This document shows, piece by piece, positions 1-9,265 of a stretch of 64,000 nucleotides of DNA. The first letter of the stretch is position 1; each line of letters opens with the position of its first letter. Position numbers and translations under genes: made by a program. The stretch is from Saprospiraceae bacterium. Its GTDB lineage: Bacteria; Bacteroidota; Bacteroidia; Chitinophagales; Saprospiraceae. Where the stretch lies: the NCBI GenBank assembly GCA_015490715.1, contig WFXH01000106.1:2177-66176 (forward strand). Direction: 5' to 3'. The notes below the pieces were generated by a model. The model worked only from the letters and a program-made list of their open reading frames with translations, ran no database searches and had not been told where the DNA came from.

Positions 1-381
1 CTCACGCCTATTTTGATGATGTTTGTGTTGATGTGGGTCGTAGGCATTGACTTTGAGGCGGGCACTTCGATTGTGGCGCCCATCATGCTCGGAATCGTCA
101 TGGACGACACCATTCATCTCCTTCATCACTACAAGCGGTATCGCATGCAGGGATGGAGTGTGCAGGAGGCCATGAATGGATCGTTGCGTTACGCAGGACG
201 TGCGGTAGTCACTACCTCAGTGGCTTTGGGGCTGGGTTTTCTCATCATTGCCTTTAGTGCCATTCCCACCTTGAGTCATTTTGGCCTGCTCAGTTCGGCC
301 ACCATATTTTTTGCCTTGTTGGCAGATGCGATCTTTTTGCCGGCTCTGATCAAGTTGTACGGGAGAAATTCCCGAGCTTGA
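1..381 (+). CDS. MMPL/RND-family transporter, C-terminal part (5'-truncated by window edge)
   Basis: Frame is open from base 1. GIVMDDTIH and GRAVVTTS..GF..F......FG motifs of the last MMPL TM helices. Confidence 0.85.
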   Translation, partial: LTPILMMFVLMWVVGIDFEAGTSIVAPIMLGIVMDDTIHLLHHYKRYRMQGWSVQEAMNGSLRYAGRAVVTTSVALGLGFLIIAFSAIPTLSHFGLLSSATIFFALLADAIFLPALIKLYGRNSRA

Positions 382-385
382 ACAG

Positions 386-913
386 TTATTGGTAGGATTT
401 CCAGGGTGTGGTCTTGTACGACTTTGTGGTGATGTAGCGCATTTCTTTCATGAGGGCGGGGACATCTTTGTAGCCTGGGGAGATGACGATGGTGTTAAGA
501 TTTTCATCCATGTATAAAATCGTTGGATAGGCGAGCCGTCCGCGCAGCAGTTCGTAGGCTAATCGGTTGACCTTCCGTCGGCCCGAACCGATGAGCTCGT
601 AGGTTTTGCCCTTGAAGGAAATGGGTTCACGCTGTTCGGCATTGAATTTGACGGCGTAGAAGTGCTTATTGATGTATCGAATGACCTCTTTGTCCGAAAA
701 GGTCTTTCGATCCATGACTTTGCACCAACCGCACCAGTGGGTATATACATCTACGATGACGGGACGTTTTTCCTTTTTCAAAGCCTCTTGGACCTCTTCC
801 CAATTCATCCAGCGGATTTTTTCATCACTGGAGTGATTTTGTGCCGAGGGTGCAGTGATGAATAGGAGTTGCGCGATGAGAAAGACAGTTAGCATTCGAA
901 GTTTCAGCATCAT
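386..913 (-). CDS. Exported thioredoxin-fold protein (DUF255/Thioredoxin_7-like)
   Basis: Signal peptide MMLKLRMLTVFLIAQLLF, WCGWC redox motif, YPT cis-Pro loop. Start moved from 1075 to ATG 913. Confidence 0.85.
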   Translation of the reverse strand: MMLKLRMLTVFLIAQLLFITAPSAQNHSSDEKIRWMNWEEVQEALKKEKRPVIVDVYTHWCGWCKVMDRKTFSDKEVIRYINKHFYAVKFNAEQREPISFKGKTYELIGSGRRKVNRLAYELLRGRLAYPTILYMDENLNTIVISPGYKDVPALMKEMRYITTKSYKTTPWKSYQ

Positions 914-1068
914 GGACGACGATTTTCCGTGTTGGTCGATACGAAAAGTAAACGAAGGGTTGTATAAACTATTGCTCAGTTGATGCGTTGCTTTGGATAA
1001 TAGAAGGGGGGAACTCTTTTGGGTGGTGTGCAGTTTGTTTAAATGAGTATAAAATAATAGGAAAGGAT

Positions 1069-2145
1069 ATGGCAATGCTGGTCAAGAGCAAGTTATCGCA
1101 GTTTGATTTTGAATTGCCCGAAGAGCTGGTGGCAAAATACCCTGCCGAGGAACGCGATGCCTCGCGATTAATGGTCGTGCACCGGGATACGGGCACCATT
1201 GAACACAAAACATTTTACGATTTAAAGGATTACTTCGAAGAAGGGGACACCTTGATCTTTAACAACACCAAGGTGATACCAGCACGGCTATACGGATACA
1301 AGGAAAAGACAAATGCCCAGATCGAAGTATTTCTCTTGCGGGAGTTGAATCCGCAGCTTCGGCTCTGGGATGTGATGGTCGATCCCGCCAGAAAGATCCG
1401 CGTGGGCAATAAGCTGTATTTTAAGGATAAAAAGGGCAACATCGTACTTCTTGCCGAAGTGCTGGACAATACCACTTCGAGGGGGAGGACCATACGTTTT
1501 AGCTTTAACGGCACCAATGAAGAGTTTAAAAAATTGTTGTACAGCTTGGGAGAACCTCCCATACCGAAGTATCTCGGCCGCAGAGCTGAAAAGATCGACG
1601 AAGAGCGATATCAGACCATTTTTGCGGAGATAGAGGGGGCGGTGGCGGCGCCCACAGCGGGTTTGCATTTTTCGGAGCGGCTACTCCGATATTTAGAGCT
1701 CAAGGGAATACATATCACCCAGCTAACGCTCCACGTCGGTCTCGGCACGTTTCGCAATATCGAGGTGGAGGACCTCTCAAAACATCAGATGGACGCTGAG
1801 TACTACCACATTCCCGAGGAGACGGCTGAAATCGTCAATAAGTCTAAAAGAGAAGGACGCCGCGTGTGTGCGGTGGGCACAACGGTGATGCGCGCATTGG
1901 AGTCGTCCATCACTGCGCAAGGATTTCTAAGGCCGTCGGAAGGTTGGACCAATCTCTTTATCTATCCGCCTTTTGAATTTCACATCGCCAACTGTATGGT
2001 TACGAATTTTCACATGCCCAAATCGAGCCTCTTCATCATGGTCTCGGCATTTGGTGGGCTTGAGCTCATGCGCGAGGCTTATCAGGAGGCCATAAAAGAA
2101 AAGTATCGATTTTTCACCTATGGTGATGCCATGTTGATTTTATAA
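1069..2145 (+). CDS. queA: S-adenosylmethionine:tRNA ribosyltransferase-isomerase
   Basis: [65 protein letters not shown]. Confidence 0.97.
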   Translation: MAMLVKSKLSQFDFELPEELVAKYPAEERDASRLMVVHRDTGTIEHKTFYDLKDYFEEGDTLIFNNTKVIPARLYGYKEKTNAQIEVFLLRELNPQLRLWDVMVDPARKIRVGNKLYFKDKKGNIVLLAEVLDNTTSRGRTIRFSFNGTNEEFKKLLYSLGEPPIPKYLGRRAEKIDEERYQTIFAEIEGAVAAPTAGLHFSERLLRYLELKGIHITQLTLHVGLGTFRNIEVEDLSKHQMDAEYYHIPEETAEIVNKSKREGRRVCAVGTTVMRALESSITAQGFLRPSEGWTNLFIYPPFEFHIANCMVTNFHMPKSSLFIMVSAFGGLELMREAYQEAIKEKYRFFTYGDAMLIL

Positions 2146-2229
2146 AAAAGTGGGAACAGTGCGAACCTTTTAAGGACTTCTGTTATTATCAGTGTATTGA
2201 AGGTATATCTAACCAAAACTATTGGGGAT

Positions 2230-2451
2230 ATGTACTGGACGTTGGAATTGGCGCATTACTTAGAGGATGCTCCCTGGCCAGCGACGCGAGATGAATTGAT
2301 CGACTATGCTATTCGATCAGGAGCGCCGATAGAAGTGATCGAAAACCTTCAGGAATTGGAAGACGAGGGAGAGGTATACGAGAGCATCGAAGACATCTGG
2401 CCGGACTATCCTCGCAAGGAGGATTTTCTCTTCAACGAAGACGAATATTGA
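2230..2451 (+). CDS. DUF2795 domain protein (conserved small acidic Bacteroidota protein)
   Basis: MYWTLELAHYLEDAPWPATRDELIDYAIRSGAP signature. Confidence 0.9.
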   Translation: MYWTLELAHYLEDAPWPATRDELIDYAIRSGAPIEVIENLQELEDEGEVYESIEDIWPDYPRKEDFLFNEDEY

Positions 2452-2460
2452 TGGATCTTT

Positions 2461-3183
2461 ATGCAGGATGAGCGCGACACGCAAGATGGATTAGAGGATC
2501 ACTCGACCAAGAGAGTGGTCATTGCCATTGATGGGCTTTCTTCGTGTGGCAAGACCACTTTAGCCAAGGATCTGGCCCACCACCTTCAATGGCTCCACAT
2601 CGATTCAGGGGCCATGTATCGCGCTCTGACCTGGCTGATGATCCAAAAGGGTTGGACGATTGAAGAGCTCCTTCAACACCTGGAAGACGTCGAATTAGAA
2701 TTGACCAGAGAAAATGGCGAAGCGCTTATCCGCCTCAATGGCCAGGTGGTGAGAGATGAGCTGCGGGATCCGCGTGTGACCGAACAGGTCAGTGCCGTAT
2801 CGATGATCCCCGAAGTTCGGAGATTTTTAGTTGAAAAACAGCGCGCTGCTGCGCGCAATGCTTCCGTGGTCATGGACGGCCGAGATATCGGTACCGTCGT
2901 ATTCCCCGATGCCGATATCAAGTTTTATCTCACAGCTGATGAAGATGTTCGCGTCCGGCGACGTCATCGGGAGCTTCTGGAAAAGGGCTATGAGATTGAC
3001 GAGGAAGAAGTGCGAAGACAGATACGTCAAAGGGATCACCTGGATACCACGCGCGCCCACTCGCCACTGAGGAAGGCAGAGGATGCTATCGTACTCGATA
3101 CCTCCCATCTCAGCCGACAGGAACAGCTCGAGGAGGCGCTCAATATTATCCGCCGCAGATTGGAAAAAATTACGTCACCATAG
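2461..3183 (+). CDS. cmk: Cytidylate kinase
   Basis: IAIDGLSSCGKTT P-loop, DSGAMYRA, VMDGRDIGTVVFPDA. Confidence 0.96.
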   Translation: MQDERDTQDGLEDHSTKRVVIAIDGLSSCGKTTLAKDLAHHLQWLHIDSGAMYRALTWLMIQKGWTIEELLQHLEDVELELTRENGEALIRLNGQVVRDELRDPRVTEQVSAVSMIPEVRRFLVEKQRAAARNASVVMDGRDIGTVVFPDADIKFYLTADEDVRVRRRHRELLEKGYEIDEEEVRRQIRQRDHLDTTRAHSPLRKAEDAIVLDTSHLSRQEQLEEALNIIRRRLEKITSP

Positions 3184-3190
3184 TATTCGT

Positions 3191-4024
3191 ATGCCTGCCT
3201 ATGGCAAGTGGATAGCTGTGCTCTCCTTTCGCCTCTTCGGCTTTGGAAAATACGTACTCTACAGTCTTTGGAGCCGTCAGAGAGGCATGGTTTCAGCTTG
3301 TGATTTGCCGCTATACGCCTTTGAGTATCGCCCAGTATTGAAAGAGCCGAAATTGGACAGCTACTGTGATGCGGGACGAGAGAGGGGCAGTATGACTGAC
3401 GGGCGGCATTGGGGTGCGGGGAGTTTGCGCGTCTTGCCGTGGGGGAAAAAAGCTGATGCGAGTACTCCGCCCATACAAGGGGCCTTGCTCCGGTGGTGGG
3501 CCGAACATCTCAACGTACATGCCGTCTTAGAGCTCGGCACTCATCGAGGGGTGGGTACATCGTATTTGGCAAGAGCCGCGTCGGTTGAACGTGTCTGGAC
3601 GATCGACGCAAATGAGCGAGCCCTTGTGCAGGCGCAGAGATTGTGGGATAACCTTGGGGTGTCGCATAAGATTCAGGCGATTCACGGTTGCTTTCAGGAG
3701 GTGTTGGGTGGAGTCTTAAGGCGAATGCCTTCACCGCAGTTGGTGTATATGGACGGTCATCATGAAGGAGAGGCCACACGTCGGTATTTTGAAATTATTG
3801 CTCAACACATGCCCGATGGGGGATGGATCATCGTCGACGATATACGGTGGAACCGCGATATGTATCGATGCTGGAAAGGCCTGTGCGCACACCCTCGGAC
3901 GAAGATGGCCATTGATGTCGGGTATATGGGAATTATTCAACTCCAAAAGGTGGAGGATTTGCCTACTCCCTTGGCCCCTATCTATTGGCTTCCCCGTCCG
4001 GGGTGGCGCTGGCTCTTTCGCTGA
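3191..4024 (+). CDS. Class I SAM-dependent methyltransferase (O-methyltransferase-like)
   Basis: VLELGTHRG SAM motif, YMDGHH, IVDDIRW. Start moved to ATG 3191, just after the cmk stop. Confidence 0.8.
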   Translation: MPAYGKWIAVLSFRLFGFGKYVLYSLWSRQRGMVSACDLPLYAFEYRPVLKEPKLDSYCDAGRERGSMTDGRHWGAGSLRVLPWGKKADASTPPIQGALLRWWAEHLNVHAVLELGTHRGVGTSYLARAASVERVWTIDANERALVQAQRLWDNLGVSHKIQAIHGCFQEVLGGVLRRMPSPQLVYMDGHHEGEATRRYFEIIAQHMPDGGWIIVDDIRWNRDMYRCWKGLCAHPRTKMAIDVGYMGIIQLQKVEDLPTPLAPIYWLPRPGWRWLFR

Positions 4025-4039
4025 CGATATGTGTGGTGG

Positions 4040-4384
4040 CTACCCCTTTTTGCGGTTTTTGCGCTTGTATTCGTAGTCTTTGCGCTCGAGTTCGATTTGG
4101 CGCTTGACGTGGCGCCGAAACTGTTCGAAGAGCTTATGTGCAGCTACGACGGGATCGATATCTTCCTCTGCGTGTAAGACCTTTTTGCTCTTCATGTCGA
4201 GGGCAGCGCTTATGCGAAATACTCGACCATTGTGCGCCACGATTACTTCAAAGGTAAGAGGTTTGGAGTAGCGTTTAAACCACTCTTCAAACTTTTGTCG
4301 GAGTTTTTCGGCGAGTTGTTGGATCTCCTGGCGTTGTGCTTCGCCAGGGACTTCTTTCAGGTTTTTGATTTGTAGTGAAACCAT
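4040..4384 (-). CDS. Divergent HPF/RaiA (sigma-54 modulation/S30EA)-like protein
   Basis: Size and alternating strand/helix pattern (FEVIVAH..FRISAALDM..LHAEE..DPVVAAHKLFEQFRRHVKR) with basic tail. Fold assignment is by eye. Confidence 0.6.
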   Translation of the reverse strand: MVSLQIKNLKEVPGEAQRQEIQQLAEKLRQKFEEWFKRYSKPLTFEVIVAHNGRVFRISAALDMKSKKVLHAEEDIDPVVAAHKLFEQFRRHVKRQIELERKDYEYKRKNRKKG

Positions 4385-4406
4385 AAATGTCGACGTGTTA
4401 AAGAGG

Positions 4407-4988
4407 TTAAGCGGATTGAGGTAATTGTTTGTTGAGCTTTCTCAAATCAAGTCCCATGGCGAGATTGAGAATCCCAAGGAAGACAAACGACAGTGCCGTC
4501 AGGATGACGATACTCAAGATGCCAAAGAGGGGATCCAAAATAATGAAAAAGCTCAACACCATGGTGATGAATCCCATGAGGGCGAGCCACCACCAGCCGG
4601 GAAATCTGGCTTTTTTAAGTGTCCAACCAAGGCTAATGGACATAGCTCCTCGAAAGGTAAACCAGAATCCCATGTAGAGGCGCAACACCTCCGCACTGAG
4701 TGGTGGGAAGATCAACATGAGTAATCCGACGATTACTTCCAATGCCCCTGTAAAGAGATACCAACCCCAGTGATCGTTGTTTTTGCGGTTGGAAAGGGCA
4801 AAGGCAATGTGGAGGATTCCGTAAAAGAAGATCATCCACGCGAAAAATATGGATAGGCTCAAGTAGGCTATCGCTGGATTGAGCAGCATAAAGGCTGCTA
4901 TTCCGAGCATGGACAAGCCGATGACTACCGGTATCCACCAGTTTTTTGTCAGCGCATGAAATCCTGCAATTGTCTGTGTACGTGCCAT
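4407..4988 (-). CDS. hdeD: HdeD/DUF308 family membrane protein
   Basis: Six hydrophobic segments, KNWW..G, HWGWYLFTGALEVIVG, GWWW repeats typical of DUF308. Confidence 0.85.
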   Translation of the reverse strand: MARTQTIAGFHALTKNWWIPVVIGLSMLGIAAFMLLNPAIAYLSLSIFFAWMIFFYGILHIAFALSNRKNNDHWGWYLFTGALEVIVGLLMLIFPPLSAEVLRLYMGFWFTFRGAMSISLGWTLKKARFPGWWWLALMGFITMVLSFFIILDPLFGILSIVILTALSFVFLGILNLAMGLDLRKLNKQLPQSA

Positions 4989-5064
4989 AGTCAAAGATTT
5001 TATTGGTTTTATAAAATGATTTTATCCTTGAAAAGAGACAGTTTGTTTTTGTTTAATATCAGGC

Positions 5065-5739
5065 TTATTTCTTAACGTTTTGGATAGCTCGTAACATGTT
5101 GTTTCCCTGTACGATAGCTCTTTGGACGAAGGAGAGCTTGAGCGCCATGAGGTCGGCTATTTCGTCTTCGTCGAGTTGGCCAAAGAGGTGGAGTTCGAAT
5201 ATTTTGCGCACGCCATCGGGCATGGCCTTGAGGACGTGTTCAAAGGCGTGTTTTTGCGATGGCGTGAGGGATTTTTCGTCGGACTGTAAGTGTTGTAGTA
5301 CAAGTGCTTCGAGGTCAGGGGTTAAGAGATAAGTTTTGGGCTTGTATTCGTCGAGGTGGTAGGAGATATCGTCGAGTTCTTCAACCAGGACGTAGTCGTA
5401 ATCTGCATCGACGGTAAATTTTTCTTCCAGTGTCTTGAGCTCTTCTTCGAGCAGTTGGTGGATGGGTACTTTTTTCTTTTGAGGCAGTTCTTTTTCTTCG
5501 TATCGATCTAAGATGAGCATAGCTATTTCGAAGGCGGAGATTTTGATGTCTTTGAGGTCGTCGTGGGAGTTGGTGACTTTTGCAAGTTCGGCGATGACTT
5601 CGTCAAAGATCTCTTCGGAGGTGAGCATGTTTTTGGGCAGAATGCCCTTTCGTTCGAGTAGGCGTAGTCGGTAGCGTACATAGCGCATCAGATCCTCCTT
5701 GATGGGTTGGATTTTGTCGAGCAAGTCCTTAACGTTCAT
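5065..5739 (-). CDS. Sigma-70/ECF-like protein (region 2-like and region 4-like segments, acidic linker)
   Basis: TSEEIFDEVIAEL resembles ECF region 2 (AEDLVQEVF). LKAMPDGVRKIFEL..GQLDEDEIADLM resembles sigma region 4 HTH. Confidence 0.6.
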   Translation of the reverse strand: MNVKDLLDKIQPIKEDLMRYVRYRLRLLERKGILPKNMLTSEEIFDEVIAELAKVTNSHDDLKDIKISAFEIAMLILDRYEEKELPQKKKVPIHQLLEEELKTLEEKFTVDADYDYVLVEELDDISYHLDEYKPKTYLLTPDLEALVLQHLQSDEKSLTPSQKHAFEHVLKAMPDGVRKIFELHLFGQLDEDEIADLMALKLSFVQRAIVQGNNMLRAIQNVKK

Positions 5740-5761
5740 GGTTTTGTTTTTTGGTAAGATG

Positions 5762-5787
5762 CAGGGGAAGGAATCCTCCTTCCCCTG
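5762..5787. other. Perfect 11-bp hairpin between yfdX and the sigma-like gene, no U-tract
   Basis: CAGGGGAAGGA-atcc-TCCTTCCCCTG read directly from sequence. Confidence 0.8.
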
Positions 5788-5801
5788 ATAAAGTTAGGCA
5801 A

Positions 5802-6743
5802 TTATTTTTGTGTGGAAAAGTGTTTTTGACGGAATTTGCTCAACTGTTCTTTTAATTTTTCCAGGCTTTGAGTAATCGCTTCGGCAGCTTCTTCTCTTTC
5901 GATGCTGCGTTTGATGTCGTGAATAGCTTTGTAGAGGTCTTTGTAGTCTTTGGTGCGTTTGCCGTAGCCGAGCGCTTCAGCGAGTTTGAGCTGGTAGTCG
6001 GCGTTGTCGAGGAGTTTGATAATCTCTTCACGATCGGCAGCCTTAGCTAAGTCGAGAGCGAGGGCTTCAATGACGTATTGCTGTGCCCTCATCACGGGTA
6101 GTGGGATGATTTGCTCGGTGATGACTAAGGTATTGAGCATTTTTTTGAGCAAGTCGGAAGCTTCTGCAAGGCGCTTTTGACGGATTAGTACGGCTGCTTC
6201 TTTGAGTCCTTGCGGATAGGTGGCTAAGGGAAGATTGACGGTCGATATTACGATTTCACTGGCCAGGTCGTTGAGCAAGGTACGAGCTACCTGATAGTAA
6301 CCTTTGTCCATGGCCTTTTCGGCCTCGCCGACGATTCCCTTGATGGCATGGATGTCGGTGATGACTTCGTTGACACGAGAGTGCACATCAATGGGAAGTA
6401 GGCTCAATTCGGGATGAGCAGCGGTGAGGATTTCGATTTTTCCAATGAGCTCGGCAATGATGCGCTCGGCATTTTCCTGGTGAATACTGTCCAGCTGAAG
6501 GATCAACGCCTGGGTTTGTGCAATCACTTCGACGGCTTCGCGGATGAGCTTTGACCTTTGATGCAACAATACGGTGTCGATGTCGGCCTGGATGCGCTTA
6601 CGGACCGTGTCTTGAGGGAGTTTTAAGGTGTCTGGTACAGCTACGGACTCTTTATTTGCTTCTACACGATCGACTTGGGTCTCCGCATTGGTACAGGAGA
6701 CGGACAATACGCTCAGTACGAAGAATACAATCCACTTTTTCAT
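5802..6743 (-). CDS. yfdX: YfdX-family lipoprotein
   Basis: Lipobox LSVSC after MKKW (start moved to 6743). QVARTLLNDLASEIVISTVNLPLATYP and LNTLVITEQIIPLPVMRA match the YfdX family. Confidence 0.8.
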   Translation of the reverse strand: MKKWIVFFVLSVLSVSCTNAETQVDRVEANKESVAVPDTLKLPQDTVRKRIQADIDTVLLHQRSKLIREAVEVIAQTQALILQLDSIHQENAERIIAELIGKIEILTAAHPELSLLPIDVHSRVNEVITDIHAIKGIVGEAEKAMDKGYYQVARTLLNDLASEIVISTVNLPLATYPQGLKEAAVLIRQKRLAEASDLLKKMLNTLVITEQIIPLPVMRAQQYVIEALALDLAKAADREEIIKLLDNADYQLKLAEALGYGKRTKDYKDLYKAIHDIKRSIEREEAAEAITQSLEKLKEQLSKFRQKHFSTQK

Positions 6744-6792
6744 GATTCTTGATGTTTTTTTGTTTACGATTTTATTCAACACGCGATTACTT

Positions 6793-6865
6793 AACATAAT
6801 TTATGCCGATAGCTGGGATGGGCACAAAATATCAGTTAATGAAGTGTTTATGTGTCAATATGGCA
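6793..6865 (-). promoter_or_regulatory. Putative regulatory region of the yfdX cassette: imperfect palindrome TGCCA-N3-TGACA (6853-6865) plus a sigma54-like GG-N10-GT element (6793-6809)
   Basis: Minus strand reads TGCCATATTGACA, then about 45 nt later TCGGCATAAATTATGTT. Function is inferred. Confidence 0.35.
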
Positions 6866-6930
6866 TTTTATAGGAAAAAGCCCTGCTGCAAGATGCGACA
6901 AAAAGTCGGTAGCATCGGGTAGTCGATGCC

Positions 6931-8397
6931 TCAGCGGAAGAGGAACTGGACGGTCTTTAAGACGTCGTCGTGTAGGATGCGATCGTGTTGGAGCGGAGGG
7001 ATGATTTCTCGGTAGTGGTGGACGTGTTCTTTTAGGTGAGTGGATAGTTGTGCATGGCGGAAGTGGAGGGCTTGGGCGGCGCACATCCACTCGATGGCGA
7101 TGGTAGATCGCAGGAGGGGGAGCATTTTGTAGAGTTTTAGGCCTGCATGGGCAGCCATGCTGACGTGATCTTCCTGGCCGTTGCTACTGACGATGGAATC
7201 ATTAGTTGCGGGATGGGCCATCCATTTGAGTTGGCGCACGAGGGCAGCTGCGCTGTATTGGGCGATCATGAGTCCGGATTCGAGGCCGGCATTGGGTGTG
7301 AGGTATTCGGGGAGATCGCGTTGGCCGGAGAGGAGGGTAAAGGTTCGGCGCTCGGAGATGTTGGCGACTTCGGAGAGGGCGATAGCCAAGCTATCTAAGG
7401 CGATACCCAGGTTTTGAGCGTGGAAGTTGCCGCCGCTGAGGATGCGTCCGTTGTGGGGGTCAAAGATGGGATTGTCGGTGACGGAGTTGATTTCGGTGTG
7501 GATGATTTTTTCGCAATGACGCCAGGTGTCGTAGGCTGGCCCCAGTACTTGTGGCACACATCGAAAGGAATAGGGGTCTTGCACGCTATAGCGTAAGCGG
7601 GTGGGTAAATCGCTTTGGTCAAGCCAGTGGCGTAGGCGTTGTGCGACCCACTTTTGTCCTTCATGGGGGCGGATGATATGGATGAGTGGGTCTAAAAAGC
7701 TCACATCGCACTGGTAGGCCTCGATCGACAGGGCTGCTGTCATGATGGCGACCTCCAAGATTTTATAGGACTCTATCAATGAGGCCACTGCAAGGGCCAA
7801 GGTGAATTGAGTGCCGTTGAGCAATGCAAGTCCTTCTTTTGCCCGTAGTTCGATGGGTTGAAAGTCGACATGGTGTGCCTGAAAGGGCCGAACTTGGCCG
7901 TCTATCCATATTTCGCCTTTCCCGATGAGGGGAAGACACAAATGTGCCAGCGGAGCGAGGTCACCCGACGCGCCAAGTGAGCCGTATTCGTAGACCACGG
8001 GAGTAATGCCTTTGTTGAAGAGCTCTATGAGTTTATGGATAATAAGCGGACGAATGCCCGAATATCCATTTCGAAGGCCGATAATTTTGAGCAGTAACAT
8101 AAGACGTGATATCTCCTCGGGTACGGGTTCGCCTAAGCCGCAGGCATGGGATAAGAGGAGATTGTGCTGGAGTATGTGCAGCTGTTGTGGCGATATTTGC
8201 ACATTGCACAACGAGCCGAAGCCCGTGTTGATGCCGTAGTATGCCTTATTTTCACGTTGGAGAAGGGCCTCAAGTTTTTCTCTACTCTCTTGAAGGGTCT
8301 GCGTGATACGGGGAGCACAGTGCAGTTGTGCGTTGCGCTTACACCAGCGGTAAAGATCCTCAGCGCTGTAATGCGAATGGTCGATGGTGACGTCCAT
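6931..8397 (-). CDS. hutH: Histidine ammonia-lyase
   Basis: YGINTGFG, LLLSHACG (SH specificity pair of HAL), GSLGASGDLAPLAH (MIO Ala-Ser-Gly), QDPYSFRC, SGGNFH. Confidence 0.96.
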   Translation of the reverse strand: MDVTIDHSHYSAEDLYRWCKRNAQLHCAPRITQTLQESREKLEALLQRENKAYYGINTGFGSLCNVQISPQQLHILQHNLLLSHACGLGEPVPEEISRLMLLLKIIGLRNGYSGIRPLIIHKLIELFNKGITPVVYEYGSLGASGDLAPLAHLCLPLIGKGEIWIDGQVRPFQAHHVDFQPIELRAKEGLALLNGTQFTLALAVASLIESYKILEVAIMTAALSIEAYQCDVSFLDPLIHIIRPHEGQKWVAQRLRHWLDQSDLPTRLRYSVQDPYSFRCVPQVLGPAYDTWRHCEKIIHTEINSVTDNPIFDPHNGRILSGGNFHAQNLGIALDSLAIALSEVANISERRTFTLLSGQRDLPEYLTPNAGLESGLMIAQYSAAALVRQLKWMAHPATNDSIVSSNGQEDHVSMAAHAGLKLYKMLPLLRSTIAIEWMCAAQALHFRHAQLSTHLKEHVHHYREIIPPLQHDRILHDDVLKTVQFLFR

Positions 8398-8441
8398 TGA
8401 TTTGTGCAATTAAATCGCGTGTCGGCCTCAAAGATAGTGAC

Positions 8442-9248
8442 TTACCAGTAAGGGAGGTACTGCACAATGCGCAAACCCAGGCCATAGGATTGGATGTGAG
8501 GTCGGGCGTATTTTTTGCCTGTGAGGTTGATGCGCCAGTCTTTATGGCGAGGATCCAAAAGGCTGAGCTGGTAAATGAGGTAGAGTTCGGCAGCGGTGTA
8601 GTCGAGGAGGAAATACCGTACATTTCCATCGATACCGATGTACCATTGTACGGACGACCAAGGACTGGAATTTTGCAAGGACGGATGTTGGTGGAGCAAG
8701 AGTTCGAAATCTGGATTGTCGAGGGTAAAAAACTGTGCTGGAGCCAGCACAGTGGAATCTCGAAAGTATTGATCCTCAGTTTGTAGATCGTACTGGTACA
8801 TCAGCTGTACCCCAATGCCGTACTGCCAGTCCTTACGGTAGGTCTTACTGGGTTGGGTCCACACAAAGGTGTAATGGAGGGGGATGAGGAGGGATTTTTT
8901 GCGTATGAAATAGTAGAGGGACTGTGGGGAAGGAGACTTATCCTTGAAATGATATTGCCCAGAGGCATAGCCGAGACCGACCTCTAAGCGGTGTCGGTTG
9001 CCGAAATCGAGGCCATAGAGAAGGCTCGCATGGAATGTCGGTCGAATTTTTTGATGGAGTGCATCTTTTCCGAAGTGGTCGAAATTCGACCAACGTGGAA
9101 GCTGCACCTGTCCCTGAGCGGCAAAATAGGAATATAGACCACCGGCCTGGGACCACAGAGGCACTGCTGTGAGGGCAAGGAGCCAGAGTGCAATCAGTTG
9201 GTGAAGAGACGACGGCTTAAACCCTGAGGATGGGGTCTTCAAATGCAC
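8442..9248 (-). CDS. Outer-membrane beta-barrel protein (OMP_b-brl-like), function unknown
   Basis: Signal peptide, alternating aromatic/Gly strands, LLIPLHY motif, aromatic C-terminus. Confidence 0.55.
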   Translation of the reverse strand: MHLKTPSSGFKPSSLHQLIALWLLALTAVPLWSQAGGLYSYFAAQGQVQLPRWSNFDHFGKDALHQKIRPTFHASLLYGLDFGNRHRLEVGLGYASGQYHFKDKSPSPQSLYYFIRKKSLLIPLHYTFVWTQPSKTYRKDWQYGIGVQLMYQYDLQTEDQYFRDSTVLAPAQFFTLDNPDFELLLHQHPSLQNSSPWSSVQWYIGIDGNVRYFLLDYTAAELYLIYQLSLLDPRHKDWRINLTGKKYARPHIQSYGLGLRIVQYLPYW

Positions 9249-9265
9249 GCTTTGCGGACTGAATG

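Noticed and set aside
914..1068. Possible preQ1 riboswitch upstream of queA
   Set aside because: No preQ1 stem-loop with A-rich tail is recognisable; this is a divergent promoter region.
6931..8397. hutH as a Tyr/Phe ammonia-lyase of a pigment or secondary-metabolite cluster
   Set aside because: It has the Ser-His specificity pair of histidine ammonia-lyases and no neighbouring biosynthetic genes.
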